A stretch of DNA of 63,172 bases, filler included, from Lenisia limosa (lineage: Eukaryota; Protista; Breviatea): the NCBI GenBank assembly GCA_001655205.1. It is 12 parts of 12 records of this genome, joined end to end, with 100 filler letters (N's around TTAATTAATTAA, not from the genome) between each part and the next. Parts side by side here need not be neighbours in the genome. Positions count along the whole stretch, not along the records: positions 42,931 to 53,924 come from LPNZ01009640.1; positions 54,025 to 56,761 come from LPNZ01001793.1; positions 56,862 to 58,842 come from LPNZ01009756.1; positions 58,943 to 61,714 come from LPNZ01010858.1; positions 61,815 to 63,172 come from LPNZ01001209.1; 7 more parts are not named here. One strand, written 5' to 3'. How positions within the stretch are numbered: position 1 is the first letter of the stretch; each line of letters opens with the position of its first letter. Shown here piece by piece: positions 51,901-63,172 of this stretch. The notes beneath the pieces were generated by a model, which did not search any database, was not told where the DNA came from, and was given only the letters and a program-made list of their open reading frames with translations. Both the position numbers and the translations under genes were made by a program.

Positions 51901-53920
51901 NNNNNNNNNNNNNNNNNNNNNNNNNNNNNNNCCCCCCCCGCAAACGATTGTCTACCCCCTGCAAAAGCCACCGCATCAATTCGGCCGCTGAAGGTAGGGG
52001 AAAAGTGGACTGACATTTCCACCTCTGCCTCGGCTTCGGCGGGTATCTACCACGGATTAAATACGATAGTGAATCATATCATATGTTAATGTAGTTGTAT
52101 CATCGTATCATCTGTATTGTATTTCATATGATTGCTTCATGGCTCTTTAATAATTAGACGTACTATATACATGTACATATAAATAATATGATATGAGTAA
52201 ATCATTTGTATAATAAATGAGAAGGCTTTCCCATGGTCGGTCCCCCAAAATAAACCCTCGATAAATCCTTGATAAATTCCCGATAAATCCTTTATAAAAC
52301 CTCAATACATCCTCGATAAATCCTTGATAAATCATACGGAAATCGAGATGAGCATACCTTGAACACCACCGCCTGCAGTACTTGTGACGAGGGCCTGTGT
52401 GATGATGATGTGATGCACTTCGGTTCGAAAAATTCCGGCGAAATATCGATAGTTTGAGGATTTATCGACAAATTCAGTTTTTTTTCGAAACGAAGTGAAG
52501 CGCTATCATGATGAAGCCTTCCCTCCTATCCAGAAAATGACTCAATTACGCCAAACATCATCGATTATTTTCAACGTTTAGTTATAAGAAGTCCCATGGT
52601 TGGTGTTATTGTCAGTAAGCATATTTTCTCAGTAGTTTTCAGATATATACATATTATTTGAACCAGAGTGAAACTCTCCCTGCACCCCCACCCAGTTTGC
52701 TAACAAAATGAAGTGAACTGAACTGAACTGAACTGAACTGTGTTCAACTACCCCCCCTCCACCAGTTTGCTAGTTCGGAGTAGGCATCAAAGACCAAGAG
52801 CTGCCCCATTATTTCAATGGCTTCTTCTGAAACATTAAAACAACAAGAACAATAGCAACAAAAATAAAAAAAGTAATAATAACAAATAAAACCAAAACAA
52901 AATAGAAAGAAAAAACAATAATAACAAAAAAAAAAACACTTTCAAGCTACATAGAGTATAAAAAAACAATAAAACCAAAATAGTAATTTATAATACCAAA
53001 AACAACACTATAATATATAGCAATAGCTGTGTATTACTATACTATATGGTTCTCATCATGGATGACAGTTTTATTTATCACATTCCTATAAAAACATGAT
53101 ATATATGATTACATATTCTTGGAAGTAGGGTTTCACTTAGGTTTGAAAGAGACCGTAAATAGTTTTCGAGGACTTATCGAGATTCGGTCTTTTGTTGAAC
53201 AGAAGTAAAGCCCTATTTGGAAGGTAATACTGCCAACCGTTTTGCGTGGCCACCACGCGAACAGTGTGTTCAGTGCCTTCAGTATGGTATATCAGCCGCT
53301 CAGGTTCTAGCGAGGCAATCTGGGACACGACTTCAGCGGTGTGATAGTCTGGGGAGTGAGGGAAGCTTGACAATGTTTAAAGCACGGTGTGAACAGTATA
53401 TTTTACTGGTCTTTTTCCAACCTAAGTGAAGCCCAACCTGAAACTGAAGTGAAGCCCCAGCCCCCTCTTGGTTCACTCCATGCTTACAATAAGCCTCTTC
53501 TGGCCAGGCGTTATCCAAGGTCAGCATCATGTTGAGCTTAGGCGAATACTGGTAAATTCTAAAATAAATGACGAGAGATGGTCCCCCAAAAAGATAATAT
53601 ACAACTAGGATTTCACTTCGGTTCGAAAAAGACCAGTAAAATATCGATAGTAGTCGAGGATTTATCAAGACATTCAGTCTTTTTCGAACTGAAGTGAAGC
53701 TCTAATATACAACCAGTCATATTTGAAAATAAAATCTTTAGATTTGGTCCCCATACACTAAAACCCACCATATTTCCAAAAACGCATTTGGTTTGCCATC
53801 AAAGAACCCCAAATATAAAATATATCTGATCTTATAAAATCTAACCGCATGTAAAGCTGGACTGTTTCGCCATCAAAGACAACGGGAATGGTGGCGATGT
53901 CGTCTTCTGGCCTTCTCTGG
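42960..53920 (-). CDS. One or more large multi-exon genes of unknown function
   Basis: More than 20 short GT-AG exons on the minus strand, e.g. VNIETQPRGMESEEEAVRLSFVFGSDDC, AGVTLDPTFAITDLDGTGLVMPTTP and VYPSTLISNENGTTSSGSLRLLYADTSTK. No family recognised; gene boundaries unresolved. Confidence 0.55.
45400..45514. mobile_element. ~115 bp hairpin MITE
   Basis: AGGGCTCCGTGCAATTAATT ... AATTAATTGAACGGAGCCCT. Confidence 0.6.
52252..52332 (+). repeat. Degenerate tandem array of an 11-mer ATAAATCCT(C/T)G; a related inverted array lies at ~56885-56960
   Basis: Read directly; the unit matches the internal core (GAGGATTTATCG) of MITE family 1. Confidence 0.65.
53608..53702. mobile_element. Hairpin MITE family 1 (representative). 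Other copies: 20786-20860, 32452-32536, 32549-32617, 43538-43613, 46573-46655, 46826-46910, 52411-52503, 53128-53213, ~53395-53457 (partial), 55106-55198, 59531-59625, 59665-59753, 62854-62948
   Basis: TIR consensus GGGCTTCACTTCGGTTCGAAAAAGAC..GTCTTTTTCGAACCGAAGTGAAGCCC. TA flanks both sides in several copies (43538, 53128, 53608, 55106, 59665). Confidence 0.9.
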
Positions 53921-54024
53921 ACTANNNNNNNNNNNNNNNNNNNNNNNNNNNNNNNNNNNNNNNNNNNNTTAATTAATTAANNNNNNNNNNNNNNNNNNNN
54001 NNNNNNNNNNNNNNNNNNNNNNNN

Positions 54025-56761
54025 GTGTGTGTATATGCTGGTCTCAGCAGTATCAAGCTTCGTGGAGTCCTTAAGACAGGACCAGTTTGGAAAATATGTA
54101 ATCGCTTTGGTGAGGGGCTTGGAGATGGGAGTGGCCTAATGAAACCATCCTTTTAACACTGTAGATGGAGCGCCAAAGTTTGATCCCATCATCTGTTGAA
54201 GAGTAATCTGCAGATGCTTTTATGATTTGTTTTATTTTTTCGAGTTGTTCTTTTGTTCATTATTACTGTTGTCAATATTGTCTAGATTTGGTCCTACGGA
54301 GAGTAGGTTGTTTATTTATTGCCCCCAAATCACCGAACAACAGCAACATTTGCATGATGATGTATCATATCGATACATTTTTATTTAATAAATAATATGT
54401 CTACAAAACGAAAGCTCTATTGGAAGCCAGAGCGTATTCTGACGATGGACGGAAGGACTGCTCTATCGTTAACCCACGCTCCATCTGTGACAACCACGTA
54501 CTACATAGTGAGATAAAGCAGAGAAAACGAGCAGTCGAGAAAAATCTTGCAGCTGACAGTTGGAATGTTCCTGCTGTCAAGAAATATTGTGACTGAAGTA
54601 ACTTTTTCGTAGATTTATTTTAACAACAAGAAAGCGGTCTTCTTACCTCAATTGTGGTACCCTTCTCGAAGTAAAAAGGCAGAACAGAACCTAAAACAGG
54701 TCAGGGGTGAAAGCTTGAATGAAGAAGCTGGTCAAAGTGTTAAAGGTTGGCTCCCTACGAGTGTTTGATATGATTACCCGAATTGCGATGAACCATACCT
54801 GTATCCTCTCCGATTCCCCGTGTTTTCCGGGCTTCCAAAGTGTGGACCTTGGTGGACTTGTCAGGAAGTGACACGTGCATTGTCAAACTACTTGAGCTGC
54901 ATCGTGATGGAATAAGCAACAACAAAAATAAAAAATAAAAATAAAAAAAAATGCAATGCGCATTATGTAATATGGGAACACAAACACCAGCTTACCCAAT
55001 TCTTGGAGCGCTGGTGAAAGTTGAGAGAAGATATATGCCTAGAATGTGAGAAAAAGAAAAAGAGTAGAGACTAAATCCTATCATGTCATACAAGGTTGAA
55101 AATTAGAGCTTCACTTTCGGTTCTAATAAGACTGAATTCTCCATAAATCTTCGATAAATTCAACATTTTACTGGTGTTTCGGACCGAAAGTGAAGCCCTA
55201 TTGAAGATACCACCTCACCAGATTTCGAGATTGAAATTTTCCCATTTCTCGTGAAAAGATCCCTTTTTCCAGGGAAAAATCTGGAGAATGAATTGAAGAT
55301 TTACTATTTACCCCTGATGAGCTAGTATTGATACCCTAACAGTCACCCTTGTCCCCCCCCCCCCCNNNNNNNNNNNNNNNNNNNNNNNNNNNNNNNNNNN
55401 NNNNNNNNNNNNNNNNNNNNNNNNNNNNNAGCCGGCTCCAACATGGCCCCTCCATAGCCACCTACAATGGGTCACGAGAACAGAAAGAATAACAAATGGT
55501 TACGTTCTTGAAACCACTAAAAATGATCGCGCTGATGCTTACTAGACTGCATGATGTTAAAGTCTAGTCTTAAAAACGCGGCCTTTTGTGGTAGGTTTTG
55601 GTAACCTGTGCCTCCATAACGTTCAAAGTAAACAGTGTCGTTTGAATTGAGGTAGAGGAGCGCCGTTGTTGCTGGATGGGCGTGAGCAGAACTCACAATA
55701 CAAATGAAGGGGGGGTAATATCAAAAACAGTTTGTTTTTGATACTCTCTTTGCGGATTTGCTTTAAAGAAGTCTATTCTTAGTAACAAGATTGAAAGACA
55801 ATCCGCCTACTATCAAGATGATCAGTTGGAGTACCGTGATGGTCATTGAACTCCATTTTCTACACCAATGAATGACATTACAGAGTTTATTCAAATTCAT
55901 AGTCCAACGCAAACATACAGAAGAGTTTTCACACACTCGCAGAATTTAGTAAGCACTGTAGTTTATAATACCCTCACCACCTTGTCATTGATTTGAAGAC
56001 GGACTAAGTTTCGAGAAGCTCTAGACAATCAAATGATTAAAGATATCGTCGGCACCCCATTAATGAATTTTATTATTTATGAAAAGCTTTCATCATCCAT
56101 TTACAGAGTGATTGTTATGTAATAATAAATATGGAATTCATGTTTGGGTACAATTTATCTATTGTTACTTTGTGGTCACAAAACGGTTAAGTAATATACC
56201 TGGGGCCTCCGACTGACACGAGGTACACAGCAGTTTCAGGTACAACAAACACCATATCACTACCAATACCGAAGCTGCCGGAAATGGTGGTGCTGAAAAG
56301 TCAGAGTACTAGATCTTTTCAGATCTCAAATTGCTATCACAGAAAAGCCCATGTATTGAAAAGCTTGAATAGAGATCAGCTGTAATTCGGAGTACGTTGA
56401 TTTATATGACTGTAAAGGCTTAGAAAACAGCAGTGAACGAAGTTGCAAATTCCGCCACATCGACCAAAAACTTTTCTTGTTTATAAATTTACTACACTAC
56501 TTTCATCATTAGTTTTTACCCTTTACACAAAATTTGATCTTGGGTGAGAATTACTGTCTACAAACAAGCTTGTATAAAATGACAATAGTTTACTTAAGCG
56601 TGAACGGATTCGACCAGGTACATACATGTACATATCAATACTTCCATTATGTTTCATACACAAACACTGCCTCCCTGTATAAAGACCCACGTACCCGGGA
56701 TAGTTCTCAAAAGGTAGAGGCAACAGTCCGAGACCGTCAGCTTCAAACTGGATCTGACCGA
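54025..56761 (-). CDS. Unknown multi-exon gene (partial)
   Basis: Exons GQIQFEADGLGLLPLPFENYP, SGSFGIGSDMVFVVPETAVYLVSVGGP, SAHAHPATTALLYLNSNDTVYFERYGGT and SSSLTMHVSLPDKSTKVHTLEARKT have GT-AG borders. Confidence 0.5.
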
Positions 56762-57028
56762 NNNNNNNNNNNNNNNNNNNNNNNNNNNNNNNNNNNNNNN
56801 NNNNNTTAATTAATTAANNNNNNNNNNNNNNNNNNNNNNNNNNNNNNNNNNNNNNNNNNNNGCAGAAGGTGGGTGAATATCATGGATTAGTTGAGTATTT
56901 ATCGTGGATTAGCCGAGGGTTTATCAAGGATTAGTCAAAGATTTTTCAAGGATAAATCAAGTATACTCATTAAATAATGCATTACAGCACAACCGATTTA
57001 AATGGTCGCTTCCTGCTGATCACGTTTT

Positions 57029-58708
57029 AGTCAGCTGGATGGAGGCACCATCGCGAGAAGGTCAGCTGTGTTCGCTTCAGCCCGGATTCCGCGCACCTTG
57101 TGTTTGCGGGGTATTTGTGCTCTTTTGTTCTCCCCAATAAACAGTACATATTATATATAGTATAGTATTTATTATTATTATTATTATTATTTGTTGATTG
57201 GGTTAGTTGAGTTTCCTTCGTTTGGTTGCTTACGTGTACCCAGAGTGGATTTGGGCTTTTTTGTTTCACAAATTTTTCAATCTCCCCCGTCCCAAATAAT
57301 AGCCAGAGCTGATTTCGGCTTTATGTCTGTTGTATGATTGTTCCAATTTACCCCCCCCCCNNNNNNNNNNNNNNNNNNNNNNNNNNNNNNNNNNNNNNNN
57401 NNNNNNNNNNNNNNNNNNNNNNNNNNNNNNNNNNNNNNNNNNNNNNNNNNNNNNNNNNNNNNNNNNNNNNNNNNNNNNNNNNNNNNNNNNNNNNNNNNNN
57501 NNNNNNNNNNNNNNNNNNNNNNNNNNNNNNNNNNNNNNNNNNNNNNNNNNNNGTCAGGCTATCAGGGTATTATATGGGGGAATTATATGGGCTATATTGG
57601 TAAATTATTGAGGGAGTATTTGAATACAAGACAATGAGAGTGGTAAGGGGGGAGATGGCATGATGTTGGAGTGTGTGAAGCTTCTCAGTAATTGATGACT
57701 CTCCCTCTCCTAACACCAGGAATAATTTTGCCATGATAATCCCCCCTCCCCCTAGATCAACACTGGAGATTATGCCACAATGTACTACAACTTAAGCGGC
57801 GACCGCGTGGACCAACGCGAGGATATTGATGTGGGTGAAGGGGAGGGGGGAGGGGGGGATAGAGGATGTTGGAATGCAGAGTATTAGTTTTCCATTTTCA
57901 CGAGTGATGGGATATGATGCTGCAGAAGCGACTGGCCTTGGCTTTGTTTGTTTTGTTGTCATCAACCCTCGTGTGTTGTCAGCCAACAGAGTTTATTTGG
58001 GCTTTTTGACTTCATAAACCAATTTTATTTACCCCCCCCCCCAGGCTCTCCCTTTCAACACTGACACCTGCGTAATTGGCCGACAAGTGACTGGAATTTG
58101 GCCCCGCTACAGCGACCGCACAGACATCAACTCCCTGCACCACCCTGCTGACTTGCCTGTTATGGTAACCGCGGACGACTTTGGCAAAGTTAAGCTCTTC
58201 AGCTACCCGGCCCCGAAGAAGGTTTGACGGGTGATGTAGGTTTTTTTAGTATGTAAAATGGGGAAAGAAGGAAAATCTCGATGAATCCTTATAATTATCC
58301 AGTTTTACTGGTAGCCCCGATATTTTTGGTTATTGTTGTTTATAGTATCCGAATACCTTACAATATTCATAAAAATTACCATAATTTCTACCAGTATTAA
58401 AAAAGAAACAATAGTCAGTTACAGTATAAAAGGAACACGATGATTTGTGCCTAAAGGTTCAATTCTCTCTGCTTGTTTGTTTCTCAAATATTTCACCAAC
58501 AGATTTGCTTTTGGCCTTTTTTTTTTTTATTATTTTTTATTTTTTTTTTTACCTTTTTTTTCCCCTCCAGGGAGCCCGCTTCCATGAACTCGGCGGCCAC
58601 AGTAGTCACGTGACATGTGTGCGGTTCCTCAACGGCAACGAGCGCCTTGTCTCCACCGGAGGTGCTGACGGCTGCGCTTTTGTCTGGAAGTGGGGGAGGG
58701 GGGTGTAA
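57029..58708 (+). CDS. EML (echinoderm microtubule-associated protein-like) WD40 protein, C-terminal part
   Basis: GIWPRYSDRTDINSLH..VTADDFGKVKLFSYP..GGHSSHVTCVRF..RLVSTGGADGCAFVW*. Confidence 0.9.
57890..58044 (+). repeat. Intron-3'-end repeat family A (representative). Copies at ~20237-20292(-), 20998-21088(-), 32209-32335(+), 32962-33038(+), 43719-43811(-), 49866-50010(-), 57241-57360(+, two), 58494-58570(+), 58785-58842(+), 60385-60428(+), 60735-60801(+), 61090-61128(+)
   Basis: Shared GATGCTGCAGAAGCGACTGGCCT(G/T)GGCTTTGTTTGTTGTTATCAACCCTCGTGTGTTGTCAGCCAACAGAGTTGATTTTGGGCTTTTT..TTCATAAATTTT..TTTTACTCCCCC, often followed by the acceptor AG. Confidence 0.85.
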
Positions 58709-59359
58709 TAATCGGGATATTAAGGTGGGAGAATGACGGACTTTCCATTTAGGTTTTTCTTTATTTCATAACATTTTTCAAGATACGCTGGATTGATGTA
58801 AGCGACTGGCCTGGGCTCTGTTTGTTGTTATCAACCCTTGTGNNNNNNNNNNNNNNNNNNNNNNNNNNNNNNNNNNNNNNNNNNNNTTAATTAATTAANN
58901 NNNNNNNNNNNNNNNNNNNNNNNNNNNNNNNNNNNNNNNNNNTTGATAGAATTTTGGGCAAAATGGCAAAAAATACTCTTAATCGCATAAAAACTGTTTT
59001 GAGCTACAAAAACAAGCCAACTTTTACTCAAGAAGTTATTAATAAAGAATGGAAATTGGTTGAGATTAAAAAAATCAATCGCTATCCTCTTGTAACTCTT
59101 AAAGAAGTCCATGATGATATATTGATTATTGTTGGTATTTTTTATGGTCAAAAAGGTATACATGACTAGGTGNNNNNNNNNNNNNNNNNNNNNNNNNNNN
59201 NNNNNNNNNNNNNNNNNNNNNNNNNNNNNNNNNNNNNNNNNNNNNNNNNNNNNNNNNNNNNNNNNNNNNNNNNNNNNNNNNNNNNNNNNNNNNNNNNNNN
59301 NNTTTTTCTATATATATACATATATATGTATATATACTCGTTGACACGTTTTTATTAAG

Positions 59360-61530
59360 TAGGAAGCTCAACGATTGTTGAGGTCTACTCCGGGCTTGCG
59401 GTATCCTCCTTTATTGACCTTGGTATGCTCAGAGTTTTAAGGCAAATGATTGGGTACTGAATATCAACCTTGCTTTTTATATCTTGCTTTTTATTTCTCA
59501 TCTCGATACCATCCTTTATAGTGGTGTATATCGCTTCACATCGGTCTAAAAAGTGCCGAATAAATTCGAATAGTTGTCGAGGATTTATCGAGCAATCCAG
59601 ACTTTTTCGAAACGAAATGAAGAGAGTATCAACCTTTAATATTCAAAAATATGGGTCCGGGATAGGTCTTCACTTCGGTTCGAAAAAAGACTGCAATTCT
59701 CCATAAATCTTATCGATATTTTTCAGTTTTTTTTTTGAACCGAAGTGAAGCTCTACTCTGTCCAAGTTCTTTTGTCAGGCCAGTTGAATTGACGCTCTTC
59801 AGACCTACCAGTCCCCGTGAAGCTGCTGGAAGATGAGGCCGAAATAGCTGCCAAATCAGCGCTGAAACAGAGGCAGAAAAGAGAGGTCATGGAGTGTCTC
59901 GCTAAACCCGAAGTCGCTGTTTTGGTTCTAAAGGTGAGACTTCAGCTCACCCCCATGTTTATTATTTCAATTATTATTATTTCTTCATAACTTTCTCCCA
60001 TTCCTCTCCNNNNNNNNNNNNNNNNNNNNNNNNNNNNNNNNNNNNNNNNNNNNNNNNNNNNNNNNNNNNNNNNNNNNNNNNNNNNNNNNNNNNNNNNNNN
60101 NNNNNNNNNNNGCTTTTGCTTGTTTTGTTACATAAATTTTCCAATTTTATTCACCCAATGACCCTCTAGATTTGCCACGGACACTCCACGAAACTGTCCA
60201 TTCTCATTGAACGATCGAGAACTGCTATTCAGGAGGTTTGGTCACCAGAGTTTATTCTGGGTGTTTTGAATCATTATCCCCCCAACACATCATTCTTCAT
60301 TTTCGTCGCTGTACCCCCTTTGTATTATGCTGGTTTTTATTTGAGACTTTACTGCAAAATAGAAAGCAAATGCTATACTGGTATTTTTTTTTCATAAATT
60401 TACAATTTTACTCCCCCCCCCCCTCCAGGCCCTGAAGCTCCCAGACAAACCCTCAAAAGGAGGCGTTGAGACCGTTTGCCGCAGGTATCTACAACGGACA
60501 AAACTCGAGGACGGTACAATGCGATGGATTGCTAACGATGCTGTGATCAAGGAGGAGGTTCGCTGATTTTGAACGTGTAAACTCTCACCAATGTTCATAA
60601 ATGAAGTTGCCTTAATTTCAAAAGTTTTCATTTTTCATCCTCCAACTGTAACGGATTTGATTTTTGATTTATTTTGGTTCAAAAATGGTCTTTTTTATTT
60701 TTTATCCCAATCAGGAATAATCTTTACTTTTCTGTTCAGCAGATTTGATTTTGGGCTTATTTTGTTATAGTTTTTCAATTTTACTCTCCCCTCCCCCCCC
60801 CNNNNNNNNNNNNNNNNNNNNNNNNNNNNNNNNNNNNNNNNNNNNNNNNNNNNNNNNNNNNNNNNNNNNNNNNNNNNNNNNNNNNNNNNNNNNNNNNNNN
60901 NNNNNNNNNNNNNNNNNNNNNNNNNNNNNNNNNNNNNNNNNNNNNNNNNNNNNNNNNNNNNNNNNNNNNNNNNNNNNNNNNNNNNNNNNNNNNNNNNNNN
61001 NNNNNNNNNNNNNNNNNNTGACAACTCATTCAACTGTTCTGCGTATTGAAACTAGGTTCATTGAGTTATTAAGCCCATGGGGTCTCTCTTACATCATAAA
61101 TTTCGATTTTTACCCCCCTCCCCTCCAGTACCTGGGAGACACCCCCTACGCCACGCGAAGCCGCACAGTTACGCCGGCGGCAAATCTTGCGTCTGCGATT
61201 CAAACTGCGCACCACAGTGTTTTAAGACAGCAATATGCGTCAACCGGGTCCGTGCCGGCACCTTCTTCAGCCTCAATTTCCATGGCTATTGATAACACGT
61301 GGGGTTAATACAATTTATATGGAGGATAGAGGAATTGCTTCTATAAAGAAATTTCTTTTCTTCTTTCACTGTTTATTTTGTAAAAAAAATTGTAGAAAGG
61401 GGGCGATTATGGGGCTTTTCTTCTTTTTCTGAAGGAAAGATTGTGACAGTGTAGATTCGGTCCGAACCACCCGGTGGCAAAGCAGGCTCAGGCATCTCTC
61501 CAGCAAAACTGTGACGCTCAGCAGGTTCGT
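59360..61530 (+). CDS. Unknown multi-exon gene (partial)
   Basis: In-phase exons DLPVPVKLLEDEAEIAAKSALKQRQKREVMECLAKPEVAVLVLK|ICHGHSTKLSILIERSRTAIQE|ALKLPDKP..RYLQRTKLEDGTMRWIANDAVIKEE..YLGDTPYATRSR. Confidence 0.6.
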
Positions 61531-61829
61531 AGGGCTTTTACCAGGCTGTTTTGCGAGCGAAAAAATAAACATCAAACATCAGATAATTCTTTTTTTCGAG
61601 GGCAAGAAATATTAACTAAATCCAGGGAAACATAAGAATACATAGGGATACCCAAAACAAATTACCATAATTATCGCGGGACGCACCTTCCCATCAAGGA
61701 AGCAAAACAATACANNNNNNNNNNNNNNNNNNNNNNNNNNNNNNNNNNNNNNNNNNNNTTAATTAATTAANNNNNNNNNNNNNNNNNNNNNNNNNNNNNN
61801 NNNNNNNNNNNNNNCCCCCCCCCCCCCCA

Positions 61830-63080
61830 CCCATAAGGTAGACACATCCACCGTGGAAAGTACAGGCAACATCAGCTACACCACCTTGAAGAGCAGTGTT
61901 GGCCTGGAGTATGATAGCAGGATCGGGTTGGTGTAAGGCTATCATTGAATAGTCTATCCCACTTTCACACACACACACACACTAACTTATAAAATTTCAT
62001 ACGTTGTACACCCGGATACAATCTGATATGATACTACAATCTATTACTATTGTATCGCTACTACCAGTATCATAAATGGAAATTTCACCCAGATCAAACC
62101 GCAATTAGTGTGGACGAGGCCGCATTCAAGCAGGCACTATTAGACTCTGTGCTCCCGGAGGACCTTCCGTAAATCTTCCCACTTTCTAAAACAGGTAAAA
62201 CAGAATAATATCAGACCGAACCCATCCACTCTGCTTTTTTGTATAGTCAGCAATCGATATGATATGTATGAGCCCAGCCTTTAGACGCGACAAAATCCGG
62301 AAAAATATCGATATTTGTTGAGGAACTGCCAAGACAATCAGTCTGTTTGGGCAGAAGGGAAACTCAAAATTGTGTTGTGTGCTTTACTGAGCTTATGACT
62401 TATAAGCCAATGAAACACCCATCAAACCTGTTAGCACAACAAGAGCTTTGTTAATTGAAAACTTTCGGACAGTCTAAATGGTTTATGCAGTGTCCATATA
62501 AAATTTAACAATGAGGAAAGAAATCAAAAGCGACCGGGACAAGTCTTGACATATTTTCCTTGGGAAATCATATAGCAAATCAGTCAAGACTATCCCGGTC
62601 ATGTCTTTGATATCATATTGTGAACAATAATTATACCAAGATGGGTATTCATAAGGAAGCACTGCAGTTCCTGGTTACCTCTCCCGAAGGCGTCAAATTA
62701 ACAAAATCCGGACCAAATGCATTGACAGCTTCCGCCGAGAATGTATTGTAAATATTATAGCCTGCTCCATAGAACGTCCCGTCATCTGAAGGTCAGCAAA
62801 CGAAATATTTCATTTTTGCCAATTCAAATAAACCAGGTCCACACATGTATCTAGGGTTTCACTTCGGTTCGAAAATAGACTGAATTTCTCGATAAATTCT
62901 CGAACACTATCGATATTGTAGGTCTTTTCCGAACCTAAGTGAAGACCCACATGTTCCGCAAAAAACAAATACATCAAAATATTATTTATCAAAACACAAA
63001 GCAGCCCAGTTACCGAGCTTCACGGTAGCACCGAGGTAGTCAATGGTCATATCAGTTGCGATTCTGCCAACCGGGAGGTC
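61830..63080 (-). CDS. RCC1/BLIP-II-like repeat protein (partial)
   Basis: DGTFYGAGYNIYNT, ESGKIYGRSSG and GGVADVACTFHGGCVYLM resemble RCC1 blade motifs. Confidence 0.5.
62532..62600. mobile_element. ~70 bp palindromic repeat family D (second, inverted copy at 47206-47270)
   Basis: GACCGGGACAAGTCTTGAC..TTGGGAAATCA....GCAAATC.GTCAAGACTATCCCGGTC; both copies are intronic and lie in different contigs. Confidence 0.7.
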
Positions 63081-63129
63081 AGCCTGCGGGGTAAGATATA
63101 GTATTAATGAAATAATATATATATAGTCA

Positions 63130-63172
63130 AAATGCGGATCACTGGACAAAATGCGGATCAGTGGACAAAATG
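63130..63172 (+). repeat. Tandem 20-mer AAAATGCGGATCA(C/G)TGGACA running to the window end
   Basis: Two full copies plus a partial third. Confidence 0.6.

Noticed and set aside
55600-56300. C1q/TNF-like domain in the 54-57 kb gene
   Set aside because: Only loose resemblance in two short exons; not enough support.
622-61308. ORF-track entries containing X runs, and many short antisense ORFs
   Set aside because: They span N blocks or lie antisense to, or inside introns of, spliced genes; they are not independent genes.

Overview
Eukaryotic, AT-rich, intron-dense protist-like genomic DNA. The window is not one locus. It is 12 separate contigs joined by 100-nt artificial spacers (44 N + TTAATTAATTAA + 44 N), and the contigs carry further internal N blocks. 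Genes recognised by manual exon splicing: SNF7/Vps32, an ankyrin-repeat protein, INTS11, a RhoGAP, ALG10, a C2H2 zinc-finger protein, a secreted BNR/Asp-box protein, an intron-split radical SAM/SPASM enzyme of the archaeal AF0577 type, PIG-T, TM9SF1, an EML-like WD40 protein and an RCC1-like protein. There is also a tRNA-Ser(UGA) and several unknown multi-exon genes. The most notable signals are: (1) introns of unrelated genes built from shared repeat modules, namely a ~85-95 bp TA-flanked hairpin MITE (about 14 copies) and a ~150 bp element that is sense-oriented and usually ends at the 3' splice region; (2) one intron made of two back-to-back MITE-derived GT..AG units; (3) the eukaryotic archaeal-type radical SAM gene; (4) a 2 kb TIR element with a P/THAP9-like transposase fragment; (5) 21-25 nt introns in SNF7; (6) ankyrin repeats encoded one per 99-nt exon. 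All gene models and family assignments come from visual inspection and recalled motifs; no database search was run.
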